NCBI GenBank assembly: GCA_013265495.1
Contig: MU058824.1
Coordinates: forward strand, 2,197,111 to 2,261,110
Source: Vicugna vicugna
Taxonomy: Eukaryota
Direction: 5' to 3'
DNA: 64,000 bases
Shown: positions 1 to 12,949 of the stretch, in pieces
How the letters are laid out: the number at the start of each line of letters is the position of its first letter
Numbering within the stretch: the stretch's first letter is position 1
Program-made: the position numbers and the translations under genes
The notes under the pieces: generated by a model
Seen by the model: only the letters and a program-made list of their open reading frames with translations
What the model was told of the DNA's origin: nothing
Database searches by the model: none

Positions 1-2584
1 CACGCCCCGAGCTGGGGTGATCAAGACGATTACTGACTTGTTCGAAAACTTGGTCGGGGAAAGTATGGTGAAGTATTTGAGGCCATTAACATCACCAACA
101 AGAGACAGTGTTTGTAAAAATTCTCAAGTCAGTGAAGAAAAAGAAGATGAAACAAGAGGTTAAGATTCTGGAGAACCTTCGTTGTGGAACAAATTATCAT
201 TAAGCTGGTTGACACTGTGAAGGACCCTGTGCCAAAGACACCAGCTTTGGTATTTGAATACATCAATAACACAGATTTTAAGCAACTGTACCAGACCCTG
301 ACAGACTTTGATATCCGGTTTTGTATGCACAGACTACTTAAAGCTCTGCATTACTGCCGCAGCAAGGACCTCATGCCCAGGGTGGTGATACCTCGCAATG
401 TCATGACAGATCATCCACAGAAAAAGCTGCGACTGATATATACTGGAGTCTGGCAGAATTCTGTCCCCACCTCGAGTACAGTGTCCGCATAGCCTCGCGG
501 TACTTCGAGGGACCAGAGCTCCTTGTGGACTATCAGGTGTGTGATTATAGCTTGGACATGTGGAGTTTGGGCTGCATGTTAGCGAGTGTGATCTTTCGAA
601 AGAAGCCCTTCTTTCACGGGCAGGATAACTATGACCAGCTTGTTCGCGTTGCTGAGGTTCTGGGTACAGACGAGCTGTATGGGTATCTGAAGAAGTATCA
701 CACAGGCCTAGATCCGCACTTCAACGATATTCTGGTACAACATTCACAGAAGCGTTGGGAAAACTTTATCCATAGTGAGAACAGGCATCTCGTCAGCCCG
801 AAGGCCCTATAGGTCTTCTGGACAAACTTCTGCGATACGACCATCAACAGAGACCAACTGCCAAAGAGGCCATGGAGCACCCGTACTTCTACCCCGTGAT
901 GAAGGAGCGGTCCCAGCCTTGTGCAGATAACTCTGTACTTTCCAGTGGTCTCATGGCGGCCCGATGAAGACTGGAAAGCGACGGGTAATGCGGCATTGAC
1001 GCTTGCCAATGAAACCAACCAACCAAACACAAATCTTGAAGGAAAACTACAGTGTGATAAGAAGAAATTCTAGCCATTCCTTCTACACGCAAAGAAGAGT
1101 AAAGACCTAAAAGTCTGTCAAAAGGAAAGAAACTCCCCAGTACTAGTCTACAGGGAGTTGTTCTGGTAGCCTGACGATGCACACAGCTGAGGATCTGAGG
1201 GCCTCTCCCTTTGGAATGCGTGAGAGATGAGAGACTCAGAGTTGTTGCACATTTACCTTTATTTAACAGGAGACCACTGTTGAATAAACCCGTTCAGTCA
1301 ACAATCTCTGAGTATCTGACTTCCTATCTATTCCACTGTGGTCTGGGTTTCCTTTGGTGAGATTCAGGCTCAAGTTTTAGCAAAACGTCAGCAGTCTATT
1401 CTGACACACCAGCCTCATTTATGAAAAGGAGATACTAAAACAGTGACAGTATTTTTCTTTTTAAAGCTCTTTTACAAATTCATGTTTTATGTATTTTTTT
1501 TTAATGATGTGAGCTCTCTAGGAAATGTACCTTATCCCTGCAGTTTTCTTCCAAGTGTATTCATTTGGGAAAAAACTGCAGTCACTCCCATGAGTCCCCT
1601 TTGATGTCAGGAGGCATCACTTTAAACCTTGTGATGTCATGAACAGGTCCATCTGTCTCATCAAAAGTTGGATGCTAAGTGCATAACTTGGAGCTCACCA
1701 TAACCTTCGTTGATTTGCCTAACTGCAAAATCTTGTTGCTATTTTTTTCATGTAGCTTTTTTTTTCCAGCCTTGTAAGGAAAACCTCACTATTTCCCAGC
1801 ACATCCCTGTGTGTGCACTTATTTATGCATATCTCTGAAACAAAGACTTCTTGTTCACAATCATAGCTAAAGCTGAAAAGTCAGTCTTCAAGGAAATCAG
1901 AGAGGGAGGAAAGAAGTCCTATTAGAAAGTATTCAAGAAAGACCTACTGGGTGAAAAATAGCATTCCCTTCCCACCCTTTATTCCTTTTTAGCCCCATGA
2001 GAAACAGTTTCTCACTGTAATCAGGGTAATCTGCATTTTTAAGCTCTGGTACATAACACATGAATGTGTTGGCAAAGATAAGTCTTTCACATATGCAGGC
2101 ACTGGAGTTGTGTGGGCAAGGCCACCTGATAACCCAAGTGACCAGAGAGGGTAACATGTGAGGGGCTTGGGGAAGGGAGTGGAGCTCCTGGGGCAAGTAT
2201 CAAAGCTTGGGATCCATTATGCTAGCCTTCATGTTACAAAGGAAGCTAAATTTTGTTTAAGGAAATAAAAAATAAGGCTGATTTCACTCTCAGGACTTGT
2301 CATCAACATGGTTTGCAAGCAATCCCCTGATCCCAGCTGCAGAGCCATGCCACAGCTGTGGGGACCTCATACACCTTGGCTAGAGGTCAAGGTGTCTACC
2401 ACCCCATCACACTTTAGGATTTCTTTATTAACTATTTAATAACGCCATATATTTTTATAAGTTTAGGTTGTTTGAGAACATGTTTATATTCCATATTCCA
2501 ATAAAATCATATTGGTATTAGTAGCAGATCCTATCTCTAAAAAAACAAAAAAAACCAAAACCAAAACCAAAAACAAAAACAAAA
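1..2584 (+). pseudogene. CSNK2A2: Processed pseudogene of casein kinase II alpha-prime; CDS remnant 1-967, 3' region to A-tail; 5' end lies outside the window
   Basis: Intronless translation [29 protein letters not shown]...[20 protein letters not shown]...[15 protein letters not shown]...[16 protein letters not shown] (TGA 965-967); the short C-terminus is that of CSNK2A2, not CSNK2A1. In-frame stop at 34-36, several frameshifts, and the catalytic loop HRDVKPHN is degraded to [14 protein letters not shown] at 2500-2505 and decayed A-tail at 2539-2584. Confidence 0.96.
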
Positions 2585-2876
2585 TATCTCACCTGTGCAG
2601 CCCTACGTGGTCACTCTGGGCAGAGCCACTTTATCCACTTAGTCCAGGGGGATGGTCTTATGAGCTTTTTAAGAGCTTTCAAAAAGTATAATTGGCTCCC
2701 AAACTTAAAAATAAATATGAAATTAATTATAGGCTTTAAAGACAAATTACATACTTTACAGTAAAATGCTTTTATGGTAAAAATGTTTACCCTAAAAATT
2801 GTTTTTACAGTGAAAAATTTTTTAATTTTAACTGGTGAGATACAGCTTCCAGAGAAAAAAATAATTAAGGTGGGTA

Positions 2877-2885
2877 ATGATGATA

Positions 2886-2943
<58 letters not shown>
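2877..2943 (+). repeat. (ATG/TGA)n trinucleotide microsatellite, about 22 units
   Basis: Read directly; it produces the spurious poly-Asp and poly-Ser ORFs. Confidence 0.97.
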
Positions 2944-3632
2944 CATTTTAAATTAATTTAACCATTCACCAGTCCTATGAGGTTGTGCTGTTATCCACAC
3001 TTCAAAGATTTGGAAACTTAGGTATAAGTCATGAGTATCTTAAAATGGCCCTGCTTGCCTACATCATCCTGAGTCCTAGAACACAGGGGCCATGACTGCC
3101 TCGGTGCTATGTCCAGCTCAGGCTGTGGAACTGAATAGGTGCTCAGGGGCTGTGAAATGAAGGAGTGAATGAATCACTGAGTTGAAAGTCTTCCATAGCA
3201 TCTTACATGAGTGATATACATCTTTATGGGGTGCATTCCCTCCTATCTTTGTAAGAATTTTTTTGTTTTGTTTTTCTTATCTCTATTACTAGGCTCTTTG
3301 ATAATTCAACCACTTCACACAGTAAGAAGAGTTTAGATTATTGCTTTGCTAATGGACTGTTGTGATGATTCATAGGACAGGGAAACAGACAACTTCTTAA
3401 CAGTCACAGAACCAAGACTCATGGAGATCTGGAACATCACTCTGGATACCAGAAGTTTAGCTATTGTCCTGCAGAGATGGGCTTTTGGTGCTTTTAACCT
3501 AGATATTTTATGCAAATAATGAGCAAAAGACAAAAGACATTTTGTCATTATCAGACAGAATGGACTTAAAATATATTTTTACCTATTTTTGAGAAATAGA
3601 CATTATATATATTTAAGGTATGTAACATGATT

Positions 3633-4190
3633 TTAAAAATTGAAATATAGTTGATTTACAATTTTGTGTTAGTTTCAGGTGTACAGCAAAGAGACTCAGT
3701 TTTATATATATATATATATATTTCAAATTCTTTTCCATTACAGGTTATTACAAGATATTGAATATAGTTCCCTGTGCTACACAGTAAATCCTTATTGTTT
3801 TTGTATTTTATATATGATAATGTATAACTATTAATCCCATACTCCAAATTTATTCCTTCCCACTTTCCCCTTTGGTAACCATAAGTTTGTTTCCTATGTC
3901 TGTGTGTCTGTTTCTGTTTTGTAAATGTTTGTCTCCTCTTTTCAGATTCCACTTATAATTGATATCATATGGTATTTTTCTTTTCCTGTCTGACTTACCT
4001 CACTTAGTGTGATAATCTCTAGGTCCATCCATGTTGCTGCAAATGGCATTATTTCATTCTTTTTTATGGCTGAGTAGTATTCCATTGTATAAATATATCA
4101 CAACTTTATCCATTCATCTGTCGATGGACATTTGAATTGCTTCCATGTCTTGGCTATTGTAAATAGTGCTGCTGTGAACACTGGAGTGCA
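3633..4190 (-). mobile_element. 5'-truncated LINE-1 3' end (lineage-specific type) nested in an older L1MA-type 3' end
   Basis: Typical antisense L1 3'UTR/ORF2-end text (ttgatttacaattttgtgttagtttcaggtgtacagc...ccctgtgctacacagt...tccatccatgttgctgcaaatggc). The host L1MA text stops near 3632 and resumes near 4191. Confidence 0.85.
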
Positions 4191-5153
4191 TAATGTGACT
4201 TTGTGATATACATATACATTGTGAAATGATTACCACAATCAAACTAATTAACATATCTACATTTCCCATAGTTACCTTTTTGTGTGTGTGGTGAGAACAC
4301 TTGGAATTTACTCTCTTAGCAAAATTCAAGTATATAATATGTTATTATTAACTGCAGTCACTATACTGTATGATAGATTTCCAGAAGTTATTCATCTATA
4401 ACTGAAAGTTTGTACCCTTAGATGAATATCTCTCCTTTTCTGCATCCTCCAGCCTCTGGCAGCCACCATTTTACTCTCTGTTGCTATGAGTTCCAATTTT
4501 TTTGTTTGTTTTTTAGATTCCGTGTGTAAGTGAGATCATGTGAAGTTTGTTTTTCTGTGTCTGGCTTATTTCACTTAGCATAATGTTCTTCAGGTTTATC
4601 CATGCTGTTGCAAATGGCAGGATTTCCTTTTTTTTTTTTAAGGCTGAATAATATTATAATATGCCATTGCATGTGTATGCCACATTTTCTTTAACAATTC
4701 ATCTGTTGATGGACACTTAGGTTGTTTTCATACTTTGGCTATTGTGAATAATGCAGTGAACACTGGAGTGCAGATATCTCTGTGAGATAGTGACTTTATT
4801 TCCTTCAAATATGCACCCAGAAGTGGAATTGCTGGATCATATGGTAGTTCTACTTTTAGTTTTTTAAGGACCCTCCATACTGTTTTTCATAGTGGCTGCA
4901 CAAATTTACTGTCCTACCAACAGGGCACAAGGGTTCCCGTTTCCCTACATCCTCATCAATGCTTATTATCTCTTGTCTTTTTGATAATAGCCATCCTAAC
5001 GGTTGTGAGATGGTATCTTATTGTGGTTTTGATTTGCATTTCCCTGTTGATTAGTGATATTGAGCATCCTTCCATGTGTCTGTTGGCTGTCTGTATATAT
5101 TCTTCAGAAAAATATCTTTTTATGTCCTTTGCCCATTGAAAAAATCAGGTTAT

Positions 5154-5368
5154 GGAGGGAGGGTATAGGTCAGAGGTAGAGCACATGCTTAGCATGCATT
5201 AGGTCCTGGGTTCAATCCGCAGTACCTCCATTAAAAAAATAAGTAAATAAATAAAGAAATCTAATTACCTCTCCCCCTTCAAAAATAAATTTAAAATAAA
5301 ATAAATAAACCTATTAAAAACTGTTAAAAAGTAAGCATGAAAACTATCAAAAATTAAATTAAAAAAAT
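5154..5368 (+). mobile_element. tRNA-derived SINE (Vic-1-type, camelid)
   Basis: Head gggagggtataggtcagaggtagag...ggtcctgggttcaatcc (Pol III A and B boxes), ctaattacctc tail; perfect 15-bp TSD aaaaaatcaggttat at 5139-5153 and 5369-5383. Confidence 0.92.
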
Positions 5369-5609
5369 AAAAAATCAGGTTATTTGTTTCTGTCCTATTG
5401 AGTTGAATGAGTTTCTTATATATTTGGGATATTAACTCCTTATCAGATACATGGTTTGCAAATATTTTTTCCCACTCCATAGGTTGCTTTCTCATTTTGT
5501 TGGTTATTTCCTTTGCTGTTCAGAAACTTAGGAAGTTTGATATAGTCTCACTTGCTATTTTTGCTTCTGTTGCCTTTGCTTTTGGAGATAAAATAGATTG
5601 TAAGTAAAA

Positions 5610-5845
5610 AAGGTTATGAGAGACAGAGAAGAACGTTATAAATCAGTAAAAAATGTTAAAAAAAACAAGGAAAAAAAAAGAAGGACAATATATATTGATA
5701 AAAGTTCAATCCATCAATAAGTATTAAGGTATGTAACAATTATAAACATACCCACACCTGGAAATCAAGTCCCAAAATACATAAAGCAAAAATTGAGAGA
5801 CTTAAAGGGACAGATAGACAATTCTACAGTAATAGTTGGAGACTA
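5610..5845 (+). mobile_element. Old L1 ORF2 endonuclease-domain fragment
   Basis: Degenerate translation resembling TIINIYAPN..APKYIKQKL..LKG.IDNSTVIVGD. Confidence 0.75.
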
Positions 5846-6254
5846 GTTGTATTTGAAATGTCATTCTTCTCCAACTAGTTCAGGCAATTCAGCGTTGAAG
5901 GAGAGTTAATTGCAGAGCAGTGAGTCACCTGGGTGTTCAGAGATAGGATGAGGAGGGAATAAGGGCGAATACAGCATAAGTGGATGGATGCTGCAGCACA
6001 CCTCTGAACGTGAGGGCATGCCTGTTCAGCTGGTGTACAATCCTGAGTTTGGAAACAGATAACTGTATTCATGTCATCATCAGTGGGCCTGCGGAGCAGT
6101 GCCTTGTCCACTGGGGATTGATTGGCATTTCTTTGGCAGGTAGCTGCTCTCATTTTGGAAGGGCCTTTGGTCCCTGTGTGAAATTCCTCAGCCCCTTTCT
6201 GAGTAACTACCATGTGCTGGGCACTGGTAGGGTACCAGGTGTGTGAAATGACTG

Positions 6255-6625
6255 AGATAAGGAATGGGGTACTGACACATGCCACAACACAGATGAATTT
6301 TCAGCAAAAAAAAAAATTATGCTAAGTGAAAGAAGCCAGACACAAAAGACCACATATTGCATGATTCCCTTTATATGAAAGGTCCAGGAAAAGCCAATCT
6401 ACAGAAACAGAAGGTAGATTAGTGGTTGACTGAGGCTGGGGACGGGAATGGGAAAGGGGAGTGATGAGTGTGGGGGAAATTAGGGGGATGATAGAAATGT
6501 TCTCCAACTGGACTCTGGTGGTGGGGTTGCACAGCTCTGTAAATATATGTCATTGAATTGTGCACTTAAAATAGGTGAATTTTATGGTGTATAAATTATA
6601 CTTCAATTAAGCTTTAAAAAAATCA
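6255..6625 (+). mobile_element. L1MB/MC-type 3' end
   Basis: atgctaagtgaaagaagccagacacaaaagaccacatattg...ttatacttcaattaagc. Confidence 0.8.
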
Positions 6626-7494
6626 TGAGGTTCCTGCCTCTTCTTGGGAGTATGGACCTTTCTTAGAAAGAGGAACTTGCAGAACACAAATTGGACCTTG
6701 AGGTGGAGCCAGTATGTATCAGACACAGTGCTGGGCCCTTGAGAGGAGGAGGGGGAGGGCAGGATGATGTGCAGTTGACCCGTGTTCACTTTGGGAAACA
6801 CATACCACACACACTGCACATTTTATACCTCCCCCACAAGCAAAAGGTTCATGCCTATCCCAGAGAGGGACCACCAGGACCCTGCAAATGTCTGCACTGA
6901 TGGGTCTGTGATACCCCGGTGGTTTTCGTGTTTTGTTTTTTTAAATCCCGAAAGTTTTTGAACACCGGTGGGAGTTTCAGCCTGTCACATACAGTCTCAG
7001 AACACTGAGGCCTAGAGTGGGGAAAGGGCTGTGACCCTGGTTCAGACAGCAACTGGGTGAATTTAAAGCCAGGTCTCCAGCAGTCCATGCTCCTGCTTCT
7101 TCCTAAAAGGTCTCTCTGGCCTCCTGCATAGCAGGTTCTTGAGGATGAGTCTGGGAGGACCTGGGTGACTCAGATGCATGGTCTTTCTCTTCTGAGATGG
7201 TAGAAAGTTGGACTTGAGGCTCAGCTCTGACACGAGGGGAGAAATCATGTTTGTTCTCTTGGGGACCAGGGGTCTGTGTTTGCAAAATGGGAGTGTGAGA
7301 TGAGGTGAGAGCTCCTAGGCACTGATCTCTTCTGAATAAAGGCCGTACTCTAGGGAGCTTGGCAGTTCCAACCTGCCTGGGAGCCTGGGACATCCCAGCC
7401 CCTGGGCCAGCCCTTGGAGGTGAGTCACAGGGAAGAAGAAGATAATTCCATTATGGAAGAGGGCCACCCACTAGGGCTTTATTATCCAACATAA

Positions 7495-7660
7495 TAGTAA
7501 AGTAATTGCCTCCGTTTATTCAGTGCCTAGTATGAACCAGACGCTGTGGTAGGTGCTTCCCTTGCTTTATCCCGCTTAATCCTCACAGTAGCAGGCAAAA
7601 GGTAAGTGGTTTTATTTGTATTTTACAAAAGAGGAAACTGAGGCTCAGAGAGGTGAGGCT
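7495..7660 (-). mobile_element. MIR SINE
   Basis: Core gaggaaactgaggctcagagagg preceded by ttaatcctcacag. Confidence 0.75.
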
Positions 7661-8019
7661 ATCTAGTACATATTCCCTGCCCACATCTGCCCGTTGAAGT
7701 CTTATTCATGGCTCAAGACTCTTCTCTGGCACCGTGCGTGGCTCTCCTGGGAGCCACCTCAGTGCCTCCGCTGCATCTATCTCCCGTGACACTGAGGCTG
7801 TGGACTGTGGTTCTCTGAATCTGTGTCAGTTGCTTCACTTGGCAGGGAGCTCCTCGACTGGGCTTGAGGTGGGACTGAGTTGAGCTGGCCCAACTGGGCT
7901 CTGCCTCCTCAGAGCCTGGCCAGGCCTTCTGGGAATGTGGGTTGGATTTGGCTCCGAATTTAAAAACTGGATCAAGACCCAGAGGTAACAATAAGAATGA
8001 AGGATACAATGTTAGCAAC

Positions 8020-8200
8020 GGTGAGAGGAAGTCGTAATCCTCATATCTACCCTGTGAAGTAGGAATAATGATGCCCATTAAAAAAATAAGAAGGAAATCA
8101 TCCCAAAGAGCCTTAGCTGACTGAGGTCACACTGCCAGCAAGTGGTGGAACTGGATTTAACCCCTTCCTCGTCTGATTCCAAAGCCCATGTTCCTTCTAT
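8020..8200 (-). mobile_element. MIR SINE fragment
   Basis: ctgaggtcacactgccagcaagtggtggaactggatttaaccc...tctgattccaaagccc. Confidence 0.65.
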
Positions 8201-8829
8201 TGTTCTAGGGAAGTTGCTGGATTTTAGTCTTTTGATTCCTCCTTTACAGTTTGTGCCATATCCACAAGCCACCTTAATCAATATTTGTTCTTTAAATCAA
8301 TTCACTTTTTTAAAAACATAAATTTACTCTACAAAGAAACTTTAGATGGAAGCCTAGTATCATTTGCCATAATTAACTAAATGAGTTATTTATTATAACT
8401 AAGTTCATCCCAGTGTCTCCTTTGCTGGTGTGTACATGTGCTCTGGGGAACCCAAATCACATGTATCCCGTGTGTTTCACACTGTCCCCATCATCCCTTT
8501 TAAAGCTCTTCTTTCCTCTTCTCTCGTTTACTGTCCATTTTGGCACATGATGTTCAGAGTCCTGGAGAGTAAGTATTGGAAGTGACATCGGAGAAGTTCA
8601 TTGTGTCACGGAGTCTGAGCGAGCTTGCGATTTGCTCACAGGCACATGTGAATCAGTGGTCCTGTAGGCCAAGTTCCACAGGGGTTTTCACTGCTCACAT
8701 TTCATTGGCCAGAAGTGGTCACATGGTGCCACCTTACTGCAAGAAGGCAGGAGTGTAGTCTCCCACAGAAGGAGAGGAGAACCAAATAACGGTGAGCATT
8801 AGTAATATCGCCTGCACATCACTCCTCAT

Positions 8830-9282
8830 ACCATTCCTTCAAATCACCACAGACCTGTGGCTTAAAACAACACAGATTTATTGCCTTATAGTTCTGGAGG
8901 CCAGAAGTCAGAAACAGTTTCAATGGATTAATTTCAAGGTGTCAGAAGGGCTGGTTCCTTTAGGAGGCTCCCAGGGAGAATCCATTTCTGTTTATTTTCT
9001 TGCTTCTGGAGGTGACCTACAATCCCTTGCTCATGGCCCCTTCCTGGAATCATTCTAACTGTTTTGCTTTCATCCTCACTTCTTGTCTGTAGTCAAATCT
9101 CCCTCTTCCTCCCTATTATAAAGATACTTGTGATTACGTTTAGGGCCAACCCATCTGGATCTCCCCATCTCAAGATCCTTAGTTTAATCACATCTGCAAA
9201 GACTCTTTGCCATATAAAATAATATTCACAGGTCCCAGGATTAGCACGTGGACCTGTCTCGGGGCCATTATTCAGACTGTCA
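8830..9282 (-). mobile_element. MaLR solo LTR (MLT1-type)
   Basis: gtggcttaaaacaacacagatttattgccttatagttctggaggccagaagtc...ttaatcacatctgcaaagactc...ggggccattattcag. Confidence 0.85.
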
Positions 9283-10119
9283 CATTCTCCCTTTGAGCTC
9301 TTATTATCTGGATTCCGGCTGTCTTTGTTCTGTCCCTTTCTTGAGGCCCTGAGCAATTTGTCATGGTTAATTTCTTCTACTGGAATTCAGGCTCCCTGAG
9401 GGCAGGGATTGGGGCTGATTCACCTTTCTCTCTACAGAGTTGGGCACATACAAATAACAGAATAGTGGAAGTGATTAAATTGAATGTGCTAAAAATTTCA
9501 GAAACAGCTGTGGCAAAGGAGGAGCCAGTGAATGGTGGTACCCCAATTGCCCACCATTTGAGGATGAAGAGAGGGTAACCACTTGTCCCCCAGGGCTCAC
9601 CTCTGCTTTGCCCTGTGCCACTGCCTCATGCCTGCAGGTTGAGGAGGTGAGAGCCAAGGGGAAAGTTGGCTGTCTTCTCACCAACGCCTTTGACTCATTG
9701 ACTCATTCAGCAAATGTTTATTGACTATCTCTACATGTTAGTAACATCTTCAGCTGAGGCAGCCGTGGCCTTAGGAGTCTCTTTTTGGTGCCACGTGGAA
9801 AGACTTTGGGTCATACCTTTATGGGATGTGGGCAAAGTGCCAGTTGATATGGGCTTAGAAAGAGGCTCACAATACCTGGGCTCAAGTTCTAACTTTGTTG
9901 CTCCCTTGGACAAGTCACACCCACTCTTAGAGTGTCCACACAAATCTGTGTTATTGAATTCATCACATTACTATATTTTAATTATATATGGTTTCTGCAC
10001 TCTTCCCATACCATGAGTTCCCTGAGGAGGGGACGGTGTCTATGTCATCTTTGTTTTCCCAATCACTGTTCCGTGTATCATACCTAGTACATCATAAAGT
10101 CTTAGTAGCAGTAATAATA

Positions 10120-10760
10120 GTATAGTGATGATGATGATAAATCTTTCCATTTATGGAGAGCTTACCATATGCCAAGCATTGTTTTAAGTATTTTCACGTT
10201 TAATTCATTTAATCCTTGTAACAAATCTATAAATTAAATAGTATTATCTCTGCAGTTGAGAAACCTGAAGCACAGAGAGGTTAAGTTACTTGCCCAAAGT
10301 CACACAATAAGTGGCAGAGCCAGGGTTTAAGTTCAGGTCCTTTGTCCACAGTTCATAGTTTAACCACTTTGTACAACAGTTTGAAGAGTGGAACAAAATG
10401 TAAAAGGAGGCCCTCCGAGGTCTCTTTAGCTCTAATTTTCTGTGAGTTCCAAAAATGCCTCTCAGCAGACTACAAAAAGGGACATCTGCTCTGGCATGGC
10501 GGTGTAGACCAGGGAAACAGGTCCACACTGGTTTACAGGGCGGGGTCTACTGAGAATAGAAGTTTAAAAGCCGACTGTAGCACTTACAGCTGTGACCTTA
10601 AGAAAGTTATTTAACCCCATTGAATTGCAGTTTCCTCACAGGGTAAAAGGACAGTAATCCCTACATTGTAGTGCTGTTGGGAGAATAAGATAAAAAATAC
10701 AAAAAAAAAAAAAGAGAACATCTTACGGAAAGTGCTTGGTACAGAGGAAGCTCTCTGGAG
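10120..10760. mobile_element. Two MIR copies in opposite orientation (about 10120-10370 and 10570-10760)
   Basis: cacagagaggttaagttacttgcccaaagtcacac; gctgtgaccttaagaaagttatttaacc...cagtttcctca. Confidence 0.7.
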
Positions 10761-10956
10761 AAAACAGTGGAGTTTGGACTGTAGTAGTTACAGAGTTGGA
10801 TATGCTTTAGAACAGAGCTTGGTGGGGCAGTTAGGTGGATTAACTTCTCAAAGATTAGTATGAGAGATCTCCATCATAAAATATTAAGTGAATACAGGGT
10901 GGTCTGCTTTCTGGATGTATGGACTTTGGATGGAAATCTAGCAGGTTGCCTATGTG

Positions 10957-10958
<2 letters not shown>

Positions 10959-11009
<51 letters not shown>
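10959..11009 (+). repeat. (TG)n microsatellite, one interruption
   Basis: Read directly. Confidence 0.97.
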
Positions 11010-11010
<1 letters not shown>

Positions 11011-11469
11011 AGGGAGTCTTGGGGTCAACTGCAAAGGTTGGGTGGGAATGTATGTTGGAATGAGCAGGGACCAGGGAGTGAGGAAACATATTCCTCTGCC
11101 TATGTGATCTGGAAGGTTTGGAAAGTCACCAGTCACCTCTGGTTTTCTAGTTCCCCAGTTCCAAGATGAGGAGGTGGAATTTGAAGATCTCCAAGGTCTC
11201 AGGGAATATTACCAGTATAGAAATTCCCAAGCCAAGTACTTCAATGAATGAAAATTCCTCTAGCCATTACTACTGAAAGAGCAACTGTGTTTTTCCTTCC
11301 CACTGGCATTGCTTTGTATTTGAATTCGGTATAGGTGAGAGGCATTTTGTTCTGGTGTTTAGGCCCCTCCCCTCTCAAGCTGGCCAGGAACTCCAGAAGG
11401 CCCAACTATTCCAGCCAGGTTGACTCAGGCCTCTGGATAAAAATATCCAGTCAACCAACATTTATTTCA

Positions 11470-12040
11470 TTTTTAAAATCACATAATTAGAGAGCAAATA
11501 CAGGACAGGAGAAAACATGGATAAGCTAAATGAAAATCTCCCATAATATCATCACTTAGAGATGATCACTATTAATATTTTGGCTTATCTATTTCCTGAT
11601 ACTTTTTTCTATGTAAATTTTAATTAAAAATTAGATTCATACAGTACATACCTAGCATTTTGCAACCTGCTTTGCCCACCTAACATTATATTGTGAACAA
11701 TTTTCCCTTATATTACACATATTCCTACATTTTTAATGGCTGAAAAGTATTCCATAGTATGGGTGTAATATTTTTAACTTATTTTGGGTGGGGGAGGAGG
11801 TAATTAGTGGGTGTAATATTTATTTAACCAATCCCTTTTTGGATCTTTTGGTTGTTTCCATTTTTCACTCTGATGAATATCAATGTCCTTAAATATCTGA
11901 GTACATCTTTCAGGTTTTCTTAAATTTCTCAAAAGAAGAATTGCTGGGTTGAAGAATATAGATGTATTAAAGGCTTTTGATACACATTTCCTTTTGCTTT
12001 CTAGAAATTTTGTATCAAAATGAATTCACCATGAGATAAG
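11470..12040 (-). mobile_element. Ancient L1ME-type fragment
   Basis: ttttaatggctgaaaagtattccatagtatgg...tttaaccaatccc...gaattgctggg. Confidence 0.65.
11774..11807 (-). mobile_element. 34-bp extreme 3' remnant of a Vic-1-type SINE
   Basis: Reverse complement ctaattacctcctcccccacccaaaataagttaa matches the tail of the other copies; 14-bp TSD tgggtgtaatattt at 11760-11773 and 11808-11821. Confidence 0.75.
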
Positions 12041-12099
12041 AGTTCATGGATTCCCACTTCAAGAGCAAATAGGAGGGGTGTCTAAGGTAGTTAAGGGCT

Positions 12100-12910
12100 G
12101 GGAAGGGCAGTGGAAGCTATGCAAAGGAGATCTGTAGGACAAATGAGAGTGAGCCAAAGAAGGAATATAAGTGTTCCAGAGAAAGGGAATAGCATGTGAG
12201 AAGGCCCAGAGGCATGGCACTATGAGAACAGAGAGAAGTTCAATGTGGTAAGAGTCTGGAAAGCAAGTAACATGTGGAGTGACACAGTAAGATTTGTATT
12301 TTAGGAAAGTCACTTTGTCTTCAGTGTAGAGAATAGATTGGGGGCAAGACTGGAGATGGAGTGACAAGTTAGTAGTCTGTTGCAGTCCCCCAAGCCAGCA
12401 ATGTAACACTGGCCAAGACTTGGATAGTGACAGTAGGAATGGAAAATAGACTTAAGGGACATTAAAGAGGTAGGAAAGACAGGTAGAAGTAATTGGATAG
12501 TAGGAGGACGGGAAGCCTCAAGAATAGCTCTCAGGTTTCTCTCTGACCTAGGGAGAAAGGAGAACCCAGACACTGCCCTATGATTTGGGGTAAGAACAAC
12601 TTGGAACATGTTGAACATGAGGTTCCTGTGACACCCATCCAAATGGAGGTGTCATGTAAATATCTGGATCCATAGAAGAGAGGTCTGGCCTGCACTTGGC
12701 TCCTGGGACCTGAAGCCTTGAAGAGGATGCAGTCACCAAGTCACTCCTTACCAAGGAACAGAGGGATGCCTGAGAACCCCAGGACACACCAACTTCTAAG
12801 GGATGTGTAAGGGAGGAGGAGCCTGCACAGAGACTGGGAAGGAGTAACTAGGAAAGTGAGAAGAAAATCTCGAGTGCCTGTTGTCATATGCCTGTTTTCA
12901 AGGACAGTGG
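12100..12910 (+). mobile_element. L2 LINE fragment
   Basis: Characteristic L2 text (gtgttccagagaaagggaatagcatgtgagaaggccc...gaaagtcactttg...ttggaacatgttgaa...gaggatgcagtcacc). Confidence 0.75.
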
Positions 12911-12949
12911 CTGGCAGAGTCTGATACAGGTATGGCCCTCACACCTTCT

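Larger units (their letters stand above)
3590..5600 (-). mobile_element. Older L1MA-type LINE-1 3' fragment (3'UTR plus ORF2 C-terminus), interrupted by a younger L1 and a SINE
   Basis: gatatacatatacattgtgaaatgattaccacaatc motif; minus-strand ORF2 remnant RKQPMEWEKIFANHVSDKELISQIYKKL (ORF 5265..5495). Confidence 0.85.

Noticed and set aside
184..812. ORFs 184..492 and 525..812 as a functional CK2 kinase retrogene
   Set aside because: They are frameshifted fragments; there is an upstream stop at 34-36, the catalytic HRD is lost and the DWG motif is disrupted.
2611..2956. Poly-Ser and poly-Asp ORFs
   Set aside because: Artefacts of the (TGA)n microsatellite.
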